43,430 nt of DNA from a virus (Duplodnaviria; Caudoviricetes): IMG/VR virus record IMGVR_UViG_3300020367_000006, positions 1-43,430 of that record; one strand, 5' to 3'. Of this stretch, positions 27,045 through 36,339 are shown piece after piece (positions within the stretch are counted from its first letter, which is position 1; the number at the start of each line of letters is the position of its first letter). The translations under genes and the position numbers were made by a program. A model generated the notes under the pieces. That model worked only from the letters and a program-made list of their open reading frames with translations, had not been told where the DNA came from and did no database searches.

Positions 27045-27112
27045 AAGAAAACCCTAAAGGGTGGAGTTCCTTCAGGGTTTCAACATATAGTCTACAGTAG
27101 GTATTGTAACAC

Positions 27113-29545
27113 ATGAGTAACAAAAATTTCATACCCGAAATTCCATTGACATGGTTGACTTGTCCAATATATGCCGAGGGGGTATTGTTACCAAAACGTA
27201 ACGAAGCGAGTCCAGATAGATACTCGGACGGAAAAGTTCCCTTTGGTAGAGCGTGGAAAGAAGAACTTACAGTAAACGATTCTGCTCTGATGATTGAGAG
27301 AGAACCAGATAAGTTCAAAGCTATTGGTGTATTTACAGGTCAGAAGTCAGATGGTCTTGTGATATTTGACGTAGATAGAAACTTGGGTGTTATTGAAAAG
27401 AAATGGGGTAAGGATCTCAAAAAAGCACCAAAAGTTACATCACTTAGAAAAAATGCTGCTAAGTTTCTTTTTAAAGTTCCACAGGATCTTGTAACTGAGG
27501 TTGCTTCTATCTCACAGACTGCTGCTGGACAGGAAGGTTGGGAAGTTTTATGGGGAGGACAGGGTGTAATAGCTGGCGAATATCACAAAAAAGGAGTAGG
27601 TAAAGGCGAATATAAACTTGAGGGCGATTTATTTGACGTTCCAGTTGCTCCAGAATGGCTGCTGTCTCGTATGAAAGATCAGTATAAAAAGAATAATCAG
27701 GATGTCGATATTAAATATGTAGATAACAGATGGAGTAAACGCACCAAGGAAGAAAGAGTAGCGATTGTTAGTGGTTGCTTGAGTGTTATTGGACACAAAG
27801 GACCTAACCAAGAACATTACTGGTGGGAAATAGGTGCGATGATAAATAATGAGCTACCAGGGATTGAAGGTTTAGAACTTTGGAGAGAGTGGAGTAAAAA
27901 AGATCCTGACTACGAACATTGTTGGGAGGATGGCGAAGATCCTTGTGCTGCTAGATGGTATGCAACATGGAGAAATGATGGTGCTAGATATAACATGGCT
28001 CATCTTATAGATTTAGCAGATAGGGTAGATCCAGATAGAAAAAGATTTAAGCAGGTTGGGCTAGATAAATTAATCGAAGATGTAGAGGCTATACCACTTA
28101 GGTACAAGGAAGAAGTGTTGGATGGCGAGGATCTTATTCAGCGATATATGGATATTGACAATGATCCCAAGAATGAGAACCCTGCGTTACATAACCAAGC
28201 GGTCCATAAATTAGCTATTGAAGCAAAGCGTGGTAATGCTGCTGAGATTGAAAGATTAGTTGATACTCACGAAATGTTTAATAGAACTAAAGGTCAGAAA
28301 CCTTTGGCTATTGATGAGTTAGACGACACACCTTTTGAATATCTGATTCCAGGATTGCTGCCTAAACCTTGGACTTTGTTGGTTCATGCAGATGGTGGTA
28401 CAGGAAAAACAGCTATGTGTCAGACAGTGGCAAAACATATTGGACATGGAAAAGCGTTCAATGTTTATGGTGCTTTAGTTAACGTGCCAACTGGTAAAGT
28501 TCTTTGGTTGAATGGAGATCAGAACGAAAGGATATTGCGTAGGCAGATGAAACTTATTGGATGTGATAAAAATGTTCGAGTAGTTACTGAGTGGGATATG
28601 CAGTGGTATAGCAGATTCAAGAAGATGCAAAATAAGTATGCTTACGATCTAGTGGTCATTGATAGTTTGGATGGTTGTAATGACAGCAACCCATACGAAG
28701 AGAATAGGAGAGAGTATGCGTTACCTATCAAAAAACTTGTTAGACGTAATGGGCAGGATTTTCCTGCTTGTTCAATAATTATTATTCATCACAACACCAA
28801 AGAAGGAAAATTCAGAGGAACTACTGCAATTAAAAATGCGGTGGATGAAACTTGGAATATGAAAAAGTTATCAATGAATGACGCTGCTGAGATGGGTCTT
28901 ACAGCAAATAGCAGATTAGTCAGCGTTGAGAAGTCCAGGGAGGATCGTGAAGGGTTGAGGATGATATTTACCCTGCTACCTGACTACACATACTCTATAA
29001 GCCCTGCACCAGACAATACAGATGAAGTTAGAGTTGACACTCCAAATAAACATACTTTGGACATATTGCGTTTGATGAGAACAGAAACTAAACCTTGGTG
29101 CGTTAAAGATTTAGTTGAGCACGATACTGTAGGTGGTATGCACAGAAAACGTGCGATAGTTTATAGCTTAAATAAACTGGAGGATCAGAAGTTAATTGAA
29201 GAAGTTGATGTACCAAAAACTAAAAGTAAAGGTGGTAGACCTTCTAAATTTTATAAAGCCGTTGGAAAGGAATTACCAAAGTCTTTTAGTTCTCTCGTGC
29301 GTGATATACCCCGAAATGATGTGTATAAACCTAATAATGTAGACACTGGAACGGATTTGAAGAACAATAAAATTGGTAAAAACCCTAATTTTGTAAAAAC
29401 CTCTGATGATAAAGTAGGTTTATACAAACAGGAGGTTAATACAAAACCGATTGTTGTTGAAAACCCTTCTACTGGAACGGAAAAGGGTTTATACACAGAT
29501 CCCTCTGGTTATATAGAGGAAAACCAAAAATTCTGGGAGAACTAA
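27113..29545 (+). CDS. Primase-helicase (Prim-Pol + PriCT-2 + RepA/AAA_25-type helicase + winged helix)
   Basis: GLVIFDVD; W.EIG....EL...GLELW.EWS; Walker A ADGGTGKT; VVIDSL; IIHH..K; RGTTAI; EKSR. Confidence 0.9.
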   Translation: MSNKNFIPEIPLTWLTCPIYAEGVLLPKRNEASPDRYSDGKVPFGRAWKEELTVNDSALMIEREPDKFKAIGVFTGQKSDGLVIFDVDRNLGVIEKKWGKDLKKAPKVTSLRKNAAKFLFKVPQDLVTEVASISQTAAGQEGWEVLWGGQGVIAGEYHKKGVGKGEYKLEGDLFDVPVAPEWLLSRMKDQYKKNNQDVDIKYVDNRWSKRTKEERVAIVSGCLSVIGHKGPNQEHYWWEIGAMINNELPGIEGLELWREWSKKDPDYEHCWEDGEDPCAARWYATWRNDGARYNMAHLIDLADRVDPDRKRFKQVGLDKLIEDVEAIPLRYKEEVLDGEDLIQRYMDIDNDPKNENPALHNQAVHKLAIEAKRGNAAEIERLVDTHEMFNRTKGQKPLAIDELDDTPFEYLIPGLLPKPWTLLVHADGGTGKTAMCQTVAKHIGHGKAFNVYGALVNVPTGKVLWLNGDQNERILRRQMKLIGCDKNVRVVTEWDMQWYSRFKKMQNKYAYDLVVIDSLDGCNDSNPYEENRREYALPIKKLVRRNGQDFPACSIIIIHHNTKEGKFRGTTAIKNAVDETWNMKKLSMNDAAEMGLTANSRLVSVEKSREDREGLRMIFTLLPDYTYSISPAPDNTDEVRVDTPNKHTLDILRLMRTETKPWCVKDLVEHDTVGGMHRKRAIVYSLNKLEDQKLIEEVDVPKTKSKGGRPSKFYKAVGKELPKSFSSLVRDIPRNDVYKPNNVDTGTDLKNNKIGKNPNFVKTSDDKVGLYKQEVNTKPIVVENPSTGTEKGLYTDPSGYIEENQKFWEN
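29321..29496. repeat. Symmetric iteron-like repeats in the 3' end of the primase-helicase gene (candidate origin)
   Basis: TGTATAAACC/GGTAAAAACC/TGTAAAAACC at 29322, 29375, 29392 facing GGTTTATACA/GGTTAATACA/GGTTTATACA at 29417, 29434, 29486; ACTGGAACGGA at 29345 and 29471. Confidence 0.7.
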
Positions 29546-29548
29546 CCA

Positions 29549-29806
29549 TTGAATAACAAAACTATAAACGTCACTATTTATGAGGAAAAATTTCCTGCTG
29601 ATGATAGTCCTTTAGCCACTGTTCGATACACAGAATATGACCACACAAGAAAAAAAGTTGAAAAAGTAAATCAAGTTGAATATTTTGATAAAGAACATTT
29701 TCACAGTCAAGTACTACAGGCAGTTAAATATGGGCTTGATGTTTCAATATGCACACAGCTTAGTGTTAAAACTTTACAAAAGAAGTTGGACCTCTGGACA
29801 ACATAA
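29549..29806 (+). CDS. Hypothetical protein
   Basis: GGAG then TTG start, 85 aa. Confidence 0.7.
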   Translation: MNNKTINVTIYEEKFPADDSPLATVRYTEYDHTRKKVEKVNQVEYFDKEHFHSQVLQAVKYGLDVSICTQLSVKTLQKKLDLWTT

Positions 29807-29823
29807 TACTAAACTACTACAAT
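29795..29823 (+). promoter_or_regulatory. Sigma70-type promoter
   Basis: TGGACA-N17-TACAAT with the same TACTACAAT context as other promoters. Confidence 0.55.
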
Positions 29824-29845
29824 ATTAGAACTAATCAATCCATTT

Positions 29846-30553
29846 ATGGAATTTAAAGAAGAAGAGGTAGTAACTAAAAAATCTACTATTGATGTTCAAT
29901 CAGGCGAAGTACACAAAGTTATTGAAAAAGACAATACTGTAAGTGTTGTATTTCAAGAAGAGAAAAATGATGTACTTATTAAATGTGTTTTAAATCTTAC
30001 TAAAGATCAACTTGCACATATTAATAGAGAGCACAATATAAAACCTTTAGCTAAAGAACAATTACAGGCTATACACGCAAAAAATGATGCAGCAGAAATA
30101 AAAGAAGCTGCGTTAGTTCCTGCTGATCCTGTAGTAGAAATTACAATTCCAGCAAAATTAAATACACCTGTAAAGCACTTGCCAACAGAGAGTTATCCTC
30201 CTTTAAATTGGAAAGATAAAACTCCTGAAAGAGAAGCTAAAATTTATCGTTCCAAAATAGATCCCGACAAAATAACTTATCTTTTAAACTACATATTTAG
30301 ATGGCATAAAAAGAATAAATACCATAGAGCTAAAAAAGATAAAAACCACAACTTAGCTCATTTCTTGAAAACTTACTTACCTAACAATAACGGTATGGAT
30401 TTTCAAACTGCTAGACGTATTTATCTTGCACAAACTTACAAAGAAATAACTGAAGCATATAGGCCACAGTGGGTCTCATTAGTCCAAGAGTTAGATCGTA
30501 ATGGTTATCATAACGAAGTTCCCGATTACATACGAAAGCATTACAAGAGTTGA
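29846..30553 (+). CDS. Hypothetical protein, basic C-terminal domain
   Basis: 235 aa ORF with its own promoter. Confidence 0.75.
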   Translation: MEFKEEEVVTKKSTIDVQSGEVHKVIEKDNTVSVVFQEEKNDVLIKCVLNLTKDQLAHINREHNIKPLAKEQLQAIHAKNDAAEIKEAALVPADPVVEITIPAKLNTPVKHLPTESYPPLNWKDKTPEREAKIYRSKIDPDKITYLLNYIFRWHKKNKYHRAKKDKNHNLAHFLKTYLPNNNGMDFQTARRIYLAQTYKEITEAYRPQWVSLVQELDRNGYHNEVPDYIRKHYKS

Positions 30554-30595
30554 CAAATGTGCTACAGTAGTAGAGCACTTAATTAAGGTTCTCCC

Positions 30596-32440
30596 ATGAC
30601 CTCAACAATTACCAAACAAGAATATTCTGTTTATTACGGAATATCAGAATTAAAAAGATTGCAGACTGCTCACAGTCTTGCATTTGATACAGAAACATTA
30701 CAGCTACAACCAGAAGAAGGTAAGCTCCGACTGATTCAGTTGGGGTCTTTTTCTTCTCGAACCATAGTAGTTATTGACTGTTTTGAACTGGAGCGTGGCG
30801 ATTGGAACTACTTAGAAGAATTCTTCAGTAGTACCAATAGATACTGGCTGGCACACAACGCAGTGTTTGATCTTGGCTGGCTACAGGAACATGGCATACA
30901 TCCCGAAGGATTTGTGCGTTGCAGTATGTTAGCCAGCAGATTACTTACAAATGGTATTCCGCAGACTAAACATGGTCTTGATGCACTAGCTAAAAGACAA
31001 TTAGATATGAATGTATCTAAAGAACAGCAGAAATCTGATTGGGGTGCTGAAGATTTATCCGAAGAACAGCTAATCTATGCTGCAAAAGATATTGAAGTGC
31101 TACTTGAGTTAGATCAGGTGCTAGAGCGAAAGCTACGAAATGCACAGTTAGATAGAGCTTTTACTTTAGAGTGTAGAGCACTTCCAGCTATGGCACAGAT
31201 GTGGCGAGTTGGGCTACCTTGGAACAGAGAAGAATTAGAACAATGTCGTATTGACTATGAAGATGACATTAAAGAACTTGGTAATGAATTTATCAGAGAA
31301 CTTGATAATGACTTACCACCTGGAAAAAAGCTACCTAGAAATGAGGATGGCTCGTTCAACCTTCGTGCGAAAGACCAAGGCTCAAAAAGACTAGGTACTA
31401 AAAAGTATGCAGGATTTAATATCAAGAGTTCTAAGCAGTTATTAGAAAAACTTGAATTAGTTCTTGGTTATACACCAGTGAACAATGATGGTAAACCTAG
31501 TGTTGCTAAAGATGCTTTAAAAAATTGTGCTGCTGATTCTCCTACGATCCAAACACTTATGACTTGGAAACGTAGAGAAAAACGTAGACAGATGATTGAG
31601 AGCATACAAGATAAGATGTCAGATGATGGATTTGTTAGAGCATCTTATATGCAGTTAGGTGCAGATACAGGCAGAATGTCTAGTATCAAGCCAAATAATC
31701 AGCAGATACCAAGAGATTCAGAGTTTAGACAATGTGTGCAAGCTCCCCAGGGTTGGAAAATAGTTGACGCTGACTTTTCGCAGATGGAGTTACGTCTTGC
31801 TGCTGCATTAGCCAAAGACAAAAACATGACTGCTGCATTTCAGCGTGGCGAAGATTTACATGACTATACGGCTGAACAGATGGGATGTGACAGACAGATT
31901 GCCAAGTCTGCTAACTTTGGTTTGTTGTATGGTGCTGGTGCAGAAGGTTTACGAAAGTATGCTGGAAGCAGTGGTGTCATTATGTCTAATGATGAAGCTG
32001 TAAAAATCCGTGATAATTGGCTCACTACATACAGCGGTATTCGAGATTGGCAGAGAGAGATGAACTATACTTCACGATCCACTGAGGGAGATGAGTGGCC
32101 TGAGACTAGAGTTCCAGTATCTAATATGCGTAGATTCTTGAAAGGCGATCTTAATAGAACTACTGTTAGATGCAATACACCTATTCAAGGTGCTGGTGCT
32201 GCAATATTAAAATGTGCATTAGGTAACTTATGGGTCAAAGTCAAAGAAACAGGCGAAGATAAAGTAAGGATCGCAGCAGCCGTTCACGATGAATTGATTC
32301 TTCTTGTTAAAGAAGATTTAGCAGATGAGTGGGCTGAGATTCTTAAAACTACAATGGAAAATGCTGAAGCAAAATGGTTAGGAGATGTTCCTGCACTAGC
32401 TGAAGTATCTATTGGTGATAGATGGAGCGAGGTTCATTAA
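30596..32440 (+). CDS. polA: Family A DNA polymerase with 3'-5' exonuclease
   Basis: FDTET, HNAVFD, YAAKD; TGRMSS..PN.QQIPR; DFSQMELR; RQIAKSANFGLLYG (Phe at the E. coli 762-equivalent); NTPIQG; VHDE. Confidence 0.96.
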   Translation: MTSTITKQEYSVYYGISELKRLQTAHSLAFDTETLQLQPEEGKLRLIQLGSFSSRTIVVIDCFELERGDWNYLEEFFSSTNRYWLAHNAVFDLGWLQEHGIHPEGFVRCSMLASRLLTNGIPQTKHGLDALAKRQLDMNVSKEQQKSDWGAEDLSEEQLIYAAKDIEVLLELDQVLERKLRNAQLDRAFTLECRALPAMAQMWRVGLPWNREELEQCRIDYEDDIKELGNEFIRELDNDLPPGKKLPRNEDGSFNLRAKDQGSKRLGTKKYAGFNIKSSKQLLEKLELVLGYTPVNNDGKPSVAKDALKNCAADSPTIQTLMTWKRREKRRQMIESIQDKMSDDGFVRASYMQLGADTGRMSSIKPNNQQIPRDSEFRQCVQAPQGWKIVDADFSQMELRLAAALAKDKNMTAAFQRGEDLHDYTAEQMGCDRQIAKSANFGLLYGAGAEGLRKYAGSSGVIMSNDEAVKIRDNWLTTYSGIRDWQREMNYTSRSTEGDEWPETRVPVSNMRRFLKGDLNRTTVRCNTPIQGAGAAILKCALGNLWVKVKETGEDKVRIAAAVHDELILLVKEDLADEWAEILKTTMENAEAKWLGDVPALAEVSIGDRWSEVH

Positions 32441-32595
32441 TGACACCAGAACAAAGAAGAGCCACTAAAGATTATTGCCAAGCACTAGCCAATTTATCTG
32501 ACAGATATTTGTTTGAAAATATGTCAAACAGAGAATATGTAAAGCAAAGAGAGGCTATTGAAACCAACTATTTAAAAACAATTTACAAGAAATAA
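32440..32595 (+). CDS. 51 aa hypothetical protein; not in the ORF track
   Basis: TAATG overlap; MTPEQRRATKDYCQALANLSDRYLF...YKK*. Confidence 0.65.
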   Translation: MTPEQRRATKDYCQALANLSDRYLFENMSNREYVKQREAIETNYLKTIYKK

Positions 32596-32597
32596 CT

Positions 32598-32783
32598 ATG
32601 ATTGGTATTTGCAAAAATGAACACGGATGGTATATCTCCAAGCATAATAAACAGCTTGAAGTAAAATACTACAAGACTCTAACGGAGGTAATGCCTGTTG
32701 CTTATGCAGAAGAATATTCGAGTAGACCTAATGAAGGATCTATACAAGGAAATTCCAAAGGCAACTACCAGGGATCTGGCTAG
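32598..32783 (+). CDS. Hypothetical protein
   Basis: Operon position; overlaps the next ORF. Confidence 0.55.
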   Translation: MIGICKNEHGWYISKHNKQLEVKYYKTLTEVMPVAYAEEYSSRPNEGSIQGNSKGNYQGSG

Positions 32784-32907
32784 TATCATTGATTTTCTTA
32801 AAAGAGCTAGGGAAGTTCGTGTAGGAAAAACCCAAAAACGAAGAGATGCCCGAAAAAAGTATGTGGAAAAGCAACTTGATAAAGCCGATTTGCCTTTTTG
32901 GTGGTAG
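32698..32907 (+). CDS. Basic hypothetical protein
   Basis: GGAGG upstream; 69 aa K/R-rich. Confidence 0.65.
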   Translation: MLMQKNIRVDLMKDLYKEIPKATTRDLASIIDFLKRAREVRVGKTQKRRDARKKYVEKQLDKADLPFWW

Positions 32908-32931
32908 AGTAGTACAAGAACAACATTGTAA

Positions 32932-33177
32932 ATGGCTCTCAAACACGGAAACAAAAGTTATTATCAGGTACTCATAGACCCTAACAGAGCAGAGCTTATA
33001 GAAAAGTTAGCTGACAAAGAGGGTATGCGTGGTACTGCATGGGTTAGAAAAGTAGCGTATGAGGCACTACAACGTGAATTTACTAGCTCAGAATATAAAA
33101 TTGCTGAAGCCAAAGATGAGTTGATGTGGAGAGAATCTGTGCAAAGACGAATTGACGGGCGAAAGCAGAAAGACTAA
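32932..33177 (+). CDS. Ribbon-helix-helix-like DNA-binding protein
   Basis: YYQVLID strand then LIEKLADKEG and TAWVRKVAYEAL helices. Confidence 0.6.
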   Translation: MALKHGNKSYYQVLIDPNRAELIEKLADKEGMRGTAWVRKVAYEALQREFTSSEYKIAEAKDELMWRESVQRRIDGRKQKD

Positions 33178-33188
33178 ACAACTTACAA

Positions 33189-33386
33189 ATGAAAAGAATA
33201 ACATGGGTCGAGTGCCCTGGCTGTAAAACATACAGCGATCAGAAGGTTGTCCGATCTGAAAGAAATTCAAAATTTATAATCATTCGTAGAAGAGAATGTT
33301 ATGAATGTGGTCATAGATGGGAAACGATCCAGTACCCTGAGATGACAGTCTCCAGACAACAGGCAGCTTACGCTCGCTGCGAATAA
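33189..33386 (+). CDS. Stand-alone NrdR-type zinc ribbon protein
   Basis: CPGC..KVVRS..IIRRRECYECGHRWET; no ATP cone. Confidence 0.75.
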   Translation: MKRITWVECPGCKTYSDQKVVRSERNSKFIIIRRRECYECGHRWETIQYPEMTVSRQQAAYARCE

Positions 33387-33700
33387 TTTTTTTGGTGCTG
33401 TCTTATCTGTCTCAAAAGTTTTAGTTTTTCTAATATTAAACGAAATCTGTAAAATACTTTATTTTTAACTGGTTTTGTCTGTAAGACAGCTAAGTGAGCC
33501 TCAAGCTCCAGCATACGCATCATTGCGTTAGATAGTACAATTTCGGTTCTTGCATGGTTTTTCATCATATCTATGCAAAAAGCCTTCAACTTGTCTATAT
33601 CATCACAGCCCATAACTTCTCTACACCTTAATTCAACTGCTAACTGTGTTTCCATTGGCAGAGGAGTTGAGATAAACCTTATGAAGCTGTCATTTTTCAT
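33368..33700 (-). CDS. NblA-like helix-loop-helix protein
   Basis: LPMETQLAVELRCREVMGCDDIDKLKAFCIDMMKNH resembles the NblA L..EQ.F.....V...S..Q...L..L pattern. Confidence 0.5.
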   Translation of the reverse strand: MKNDSFIRFISTPLPMETQLAVELRCREVMGCDDIDKLKAFCIDMMKNHARTEIVLSNAMMRMLELEAHLAVLQTKPVKNKVFYRFRLILEKLKLLRQIRQHQKNYSQRA

Positions 33701-33882
33701 CGTGGTAAAGAGGTTACTTTTCTACCAGGAAATAATTGCTGCTCAAGAAAATCTACTGCTTGGTCATCTAACTCATTTGAGGTTTGCTTGCAGATGGAGC
33801 GTAACAAGTCCACAACTAACTGCTTGCAAGCTGACGTAGAAAGAAACTTTAGTAATAAAGGTTTTAGAATTTTTAACATTGT
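33697..33882 (-). CDS. Small amphipathic protein
   Basis: MLKILKPLLLKFL...LVVDLL....T.N.LDD.AV.FL. Confidence 0.7.
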   Translation of the reverse strand, partial: TMLKILKPLLLKFLSTSACKQLVVDLLRSICKQTSNELDDQAVDFLEQQLFPGRKVTSLPR

Positions 33883-33945
33883 CATTTGTGTGTTACTTCC
33901 CAAACATAGCTACTTTGCTAGTATTAAACAAGAGTTTTAACTTTT

Positions 33946-34188
33946 ATGGAAGAAGAAGAAAAGGAAAGCCGAGATTATGTCGGACATTTTGTTCGCATAA
34001 TTATTCTTGGTTGGAGTTTATCCGTGATGACTCTTGGATATATGGAAAGAATCAGGTTAGACACTTTTGCAGCAGGTCTTGTGGGAAATATCGCCAGCAC
34101 ATACGGGATAGCTGTAAAAGGTAAAAATAACAACGGAAAAAAATCAGTTATAGTAGATAATAAGAACAATAAAGTAGGAATCAAATGA
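33946..34188 (+). CDS. Small membrane protein, holin-like
   Basis: Two hydrophobic segments, basic C-terminus. Confidence 0.6.
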   Translation: MEEEEKESRDYVGHFVRIIILGWSLSVMTLGYMERIRLDTFAAGLVGNIASTYGIAVKGKNNNGKKSVIVDNKNNKVGIK

Positions 34189-34700
34189 AAAAACTGTTTG
34201 CTTTACTTCTATTCTTACCATCGGCTGCTTTTGCTGATATAAAACAAGAATTTGTAACCTCTGCACAAATAACTGTTGATATGCCCTATGTTGTTACAAA
34301 TAAGGTAGGTACTACATATAGTCTTAGCGGAAATAATATTACACCATCTGTAACTGTAGGAGATACAACTACATCAGGAAAAATTGGTGGGATCAATGTT
34401 GGATCGTTAACTAATGGCGTTCCAGCAATGATTCAAACTGATACCTCAGTTACAAGTGCAGGTTCAGCCTTCTCAAAAACAGAATCGGTAATTATGGGAG
34501 ATGCTACACCATCTACTGTAACTCCTAGTTCGGGCATTGCAGCATTACCAGTATTAGGTGGTCAGACTACTATTGGATCAGGCGGTACTGCTGGATCTCT
34601 TGCTTTAACGTCATTGAGTTCTGGAGTCCATACCTGTACCGCAGGTGGATCGGGTACAAGTTGCATAGGATCTACTAAAGTTACTATTACGATTGACTAG
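34185..34700 (+). CDS. Secreted Ser/Thr/Gly-rich beta protein
   Basis: Sec signal MKKLFALLLFLPSAAFA|D; Cys pair; terminal beta strand KVTITID. Confidence 0.85.
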   Translation: MKKLFALLLFLPSAAFADIKQEFVTSAQITVDMPYVVTNKVGTTYSLSGNNITPSVTVGDTTTSGKIGGINVGSLTNGVPAMIQTDTSVTSAGSAFSKTESVIMGDATPSTVTPSSGIAALPVLGGQTTIGSGGTAGSLALTSLSSGVHTCTAGGSGTSCIGSTKVTITID

Positions 34701-35130
34701 ACTTTACTGGTTAGTTTTACTATTATTACCTATAAGAACCCTTGCTGTGCCTGTCGTTCCACAATTTCGTTCGGGTACGAGTCAAACTTCAAGCACTTCT
34801 GAATCAGTAATAAATGAAACCATCACAAGCCATCAATATCGGACAGGATATTCCTATTCTGCGTCAGGACATAATATTGAAAGTTCCGATCTTAACGGAT
34901 ATATCAACCCTACAGCTACAACTCTTACAGAACAGACAATCGGAGGAGTAAATTTTAGTTGGACTTCGCCAAACTTAGATGCTGTGCCAAGATGGAAAAT
35001 AACAAATGGTGGAGCAGCCTTCTCTCTTCAAGAAACTCTAATAACACCAGGGTTAGATACAGTAACCACAATAACAAGAACAATAAATTCAAGTACAACA
35101 ACAGAAACTACAACTACCTTTGGGCAATAG
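34693..35130 (+). CDS. Secreted Thr/Ser-rich beta protein
   Basis: Signal MTRLYWLVLLLLPIRTLA|VPVVPQF; alternating Thr strands; ends TTTFGQ. Confidence 0.85.
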   Translation: MTRLYWLVLLLLPIRTLAVPVVPQFRSGTSQTSSTSESVINETITSHQYRTGYSYSASGHNIESSDLNGYINPTATTLTEQTIGGVNFSWTSPNLDAVPRWKITNGGAAFSLQETLITPGLDTVTTITRTINSSTTTETTTTFGQ

Positions 35131-35705
35131 CTCTAATCCTTTGTCCTGCAAGGGTTTTGGCTAATACAACAGTTGCAAGTCCTAGTTCTAATGCTCAAGG
35201 TGTTGTAAATAATAATGCAACGATGATAACACCATCTGCTATGCCATCTTTCAGGATGAGTCAGGGTATTGTCTGTGCTTCTCCTAGTCTTACAATTACT
35301 CCTTATGTAACAGATGCACATACATTTTCATTACCCAGAGAAACTGTTACCAGACAAAATATTTATGATGAAACTACTGGAGCGATAAAGTATGTTCAGG
35401 AAACTCCTAGATTTGAAAAAGAAAATTTTAACTTAAATTATGGTATATCTGCTCAAATAAATATTCCATTAGGAAAATCTCCTGCCCTTTGCCATGAAGC
35501 AACCCAAGTAAATATACAAGCTCAAAAACTATTAATAAAGAAAACTAAAATGGAAATTAGTCTTTATCGTCTGGAGATGTGCTCAAAAATGGCAAAAGAG
35601 GGAGTTACCTTTAAGCCTAATACTCCTAGTGCTGTTACTTGTGAAGATATTGTTGTTAATATTCCACCAAACCAAGTTATCCCACATACTCACAAAATTA
35701 AATAG
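34992..35705 (+). CDS. Exported protein with amphipathic beta hairpin and long helix (outer-membrane-channel-like); start uncertain
   Basis: YLWAIALILCPARVLA signal-like segment; SLTITPYVT...NFNLNYGISAQINIPLG then coiled helix; four mature Cys. Confidence 0.8.
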   Translation: MENNKWWSSLLSSRNSNNTRVRYSNHNNKNNKFKYNNRNYNYLWAIALILCPARVLANTTVASPSSNAQGVVNNNATMITPSAMPSFRMSQGIVCASPSLTITPYVTDAHTFSLPRETVTRQNIYDETTGAIKYVQETPRFEKENFNLNYGISAQINIPLGKSPALCHEATQVNIQAQKLLIKKTKMEISLYRLEMCSKMAKEGVTFKPNTPSAVTCEDIVVNIPPNQVIPHTHKIK

Positions 35706-36339
35706 ATTTATCCTTCTTTTTTGTCAACTTTGTCACGACTTGTTTTACGATAGGGCGGACAAGCTGAAGTACAAGCGGTGCAGAAGCACCAACCAAAGCA
35801 AGGCTAAAAACCCCAACAAACTGTGGAGCAGACGGAATGTATTGATCTTTCCACTCAACTGCTTCATAGAGAGTTATACATTCACTTCCATCTTGCCCTC
35901 TTTCGTGTCCGATAACACGTTCTAACTTTTTATCGTTACGAAAATCGCCTACTCTTTGGTCATTTTTGCCAGGACAGGGAAGAAAAGGTGGTGGAGGGTC
36001 TGGTGGTAAATCAGGAATCTTTGGCTGTTCTGTTTTTGGTAAAGGAGGTGGATCGTTACTAATAGGAACTTCCTCAGTTATTACTAAATTTTCCGGAGAA
36101 TAATCAAGAGGTATAAAGCTAGGAAATGGAAAATCACAGGTAGTATATACACCATTCGGATCTTCCAACAACAAATTACGATTACCAGTATTTTTTATAT
36201 CTCGGTGCTGATAAGTACAACCAGGAACATCTATCTCAGGTGGCTTTGTTACTTGAATATAATGTGGACTATATATTGCTGGAACATCTGGAATATATAT
36301 CTCTCTAATTTGAATATCAGGTATTTCAATCGTAGGCAT
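35698..36339 (-). CDS. Pro-rich protein with C-terminal membrane anchor
   Basis: PPPLP/PPDPPPP linker, two Cys pairs, FVGVFSLALVGASAPLVL then basic tail. Confidence 0.8.
   Translation of the reverse strand: MPTIEIPDIQIREIYIPDVPAIYSPHYIQVTKPPEIDVPGCTYQHRDIKNTGNRNLLLEDPNGVYTTCDFPFPSFIPLDYSPENLVITEEVPISNDPPPLPKTEQPKIPDLPPDPPPPFLPCPGKNDQRVGDFRNDKKLERVIGHERGQDGSECITLYEAVEWKDQYIPSAPQFVGVFSLALVGASAPLVLQLVRPIVKQVVTKLTKKKDKSI

Noticed and set aside
26980-27318. Minus-strand 112 aa ORF over the primase start
   Set aside because: Antisense to the primase and crosses the divergent promoters
30596-32440. Modified-base (DpoZ-type) polymerase system
   Set aside because: No purZ or other nucleotide-modification genes recognised; motifs are ordinary family A
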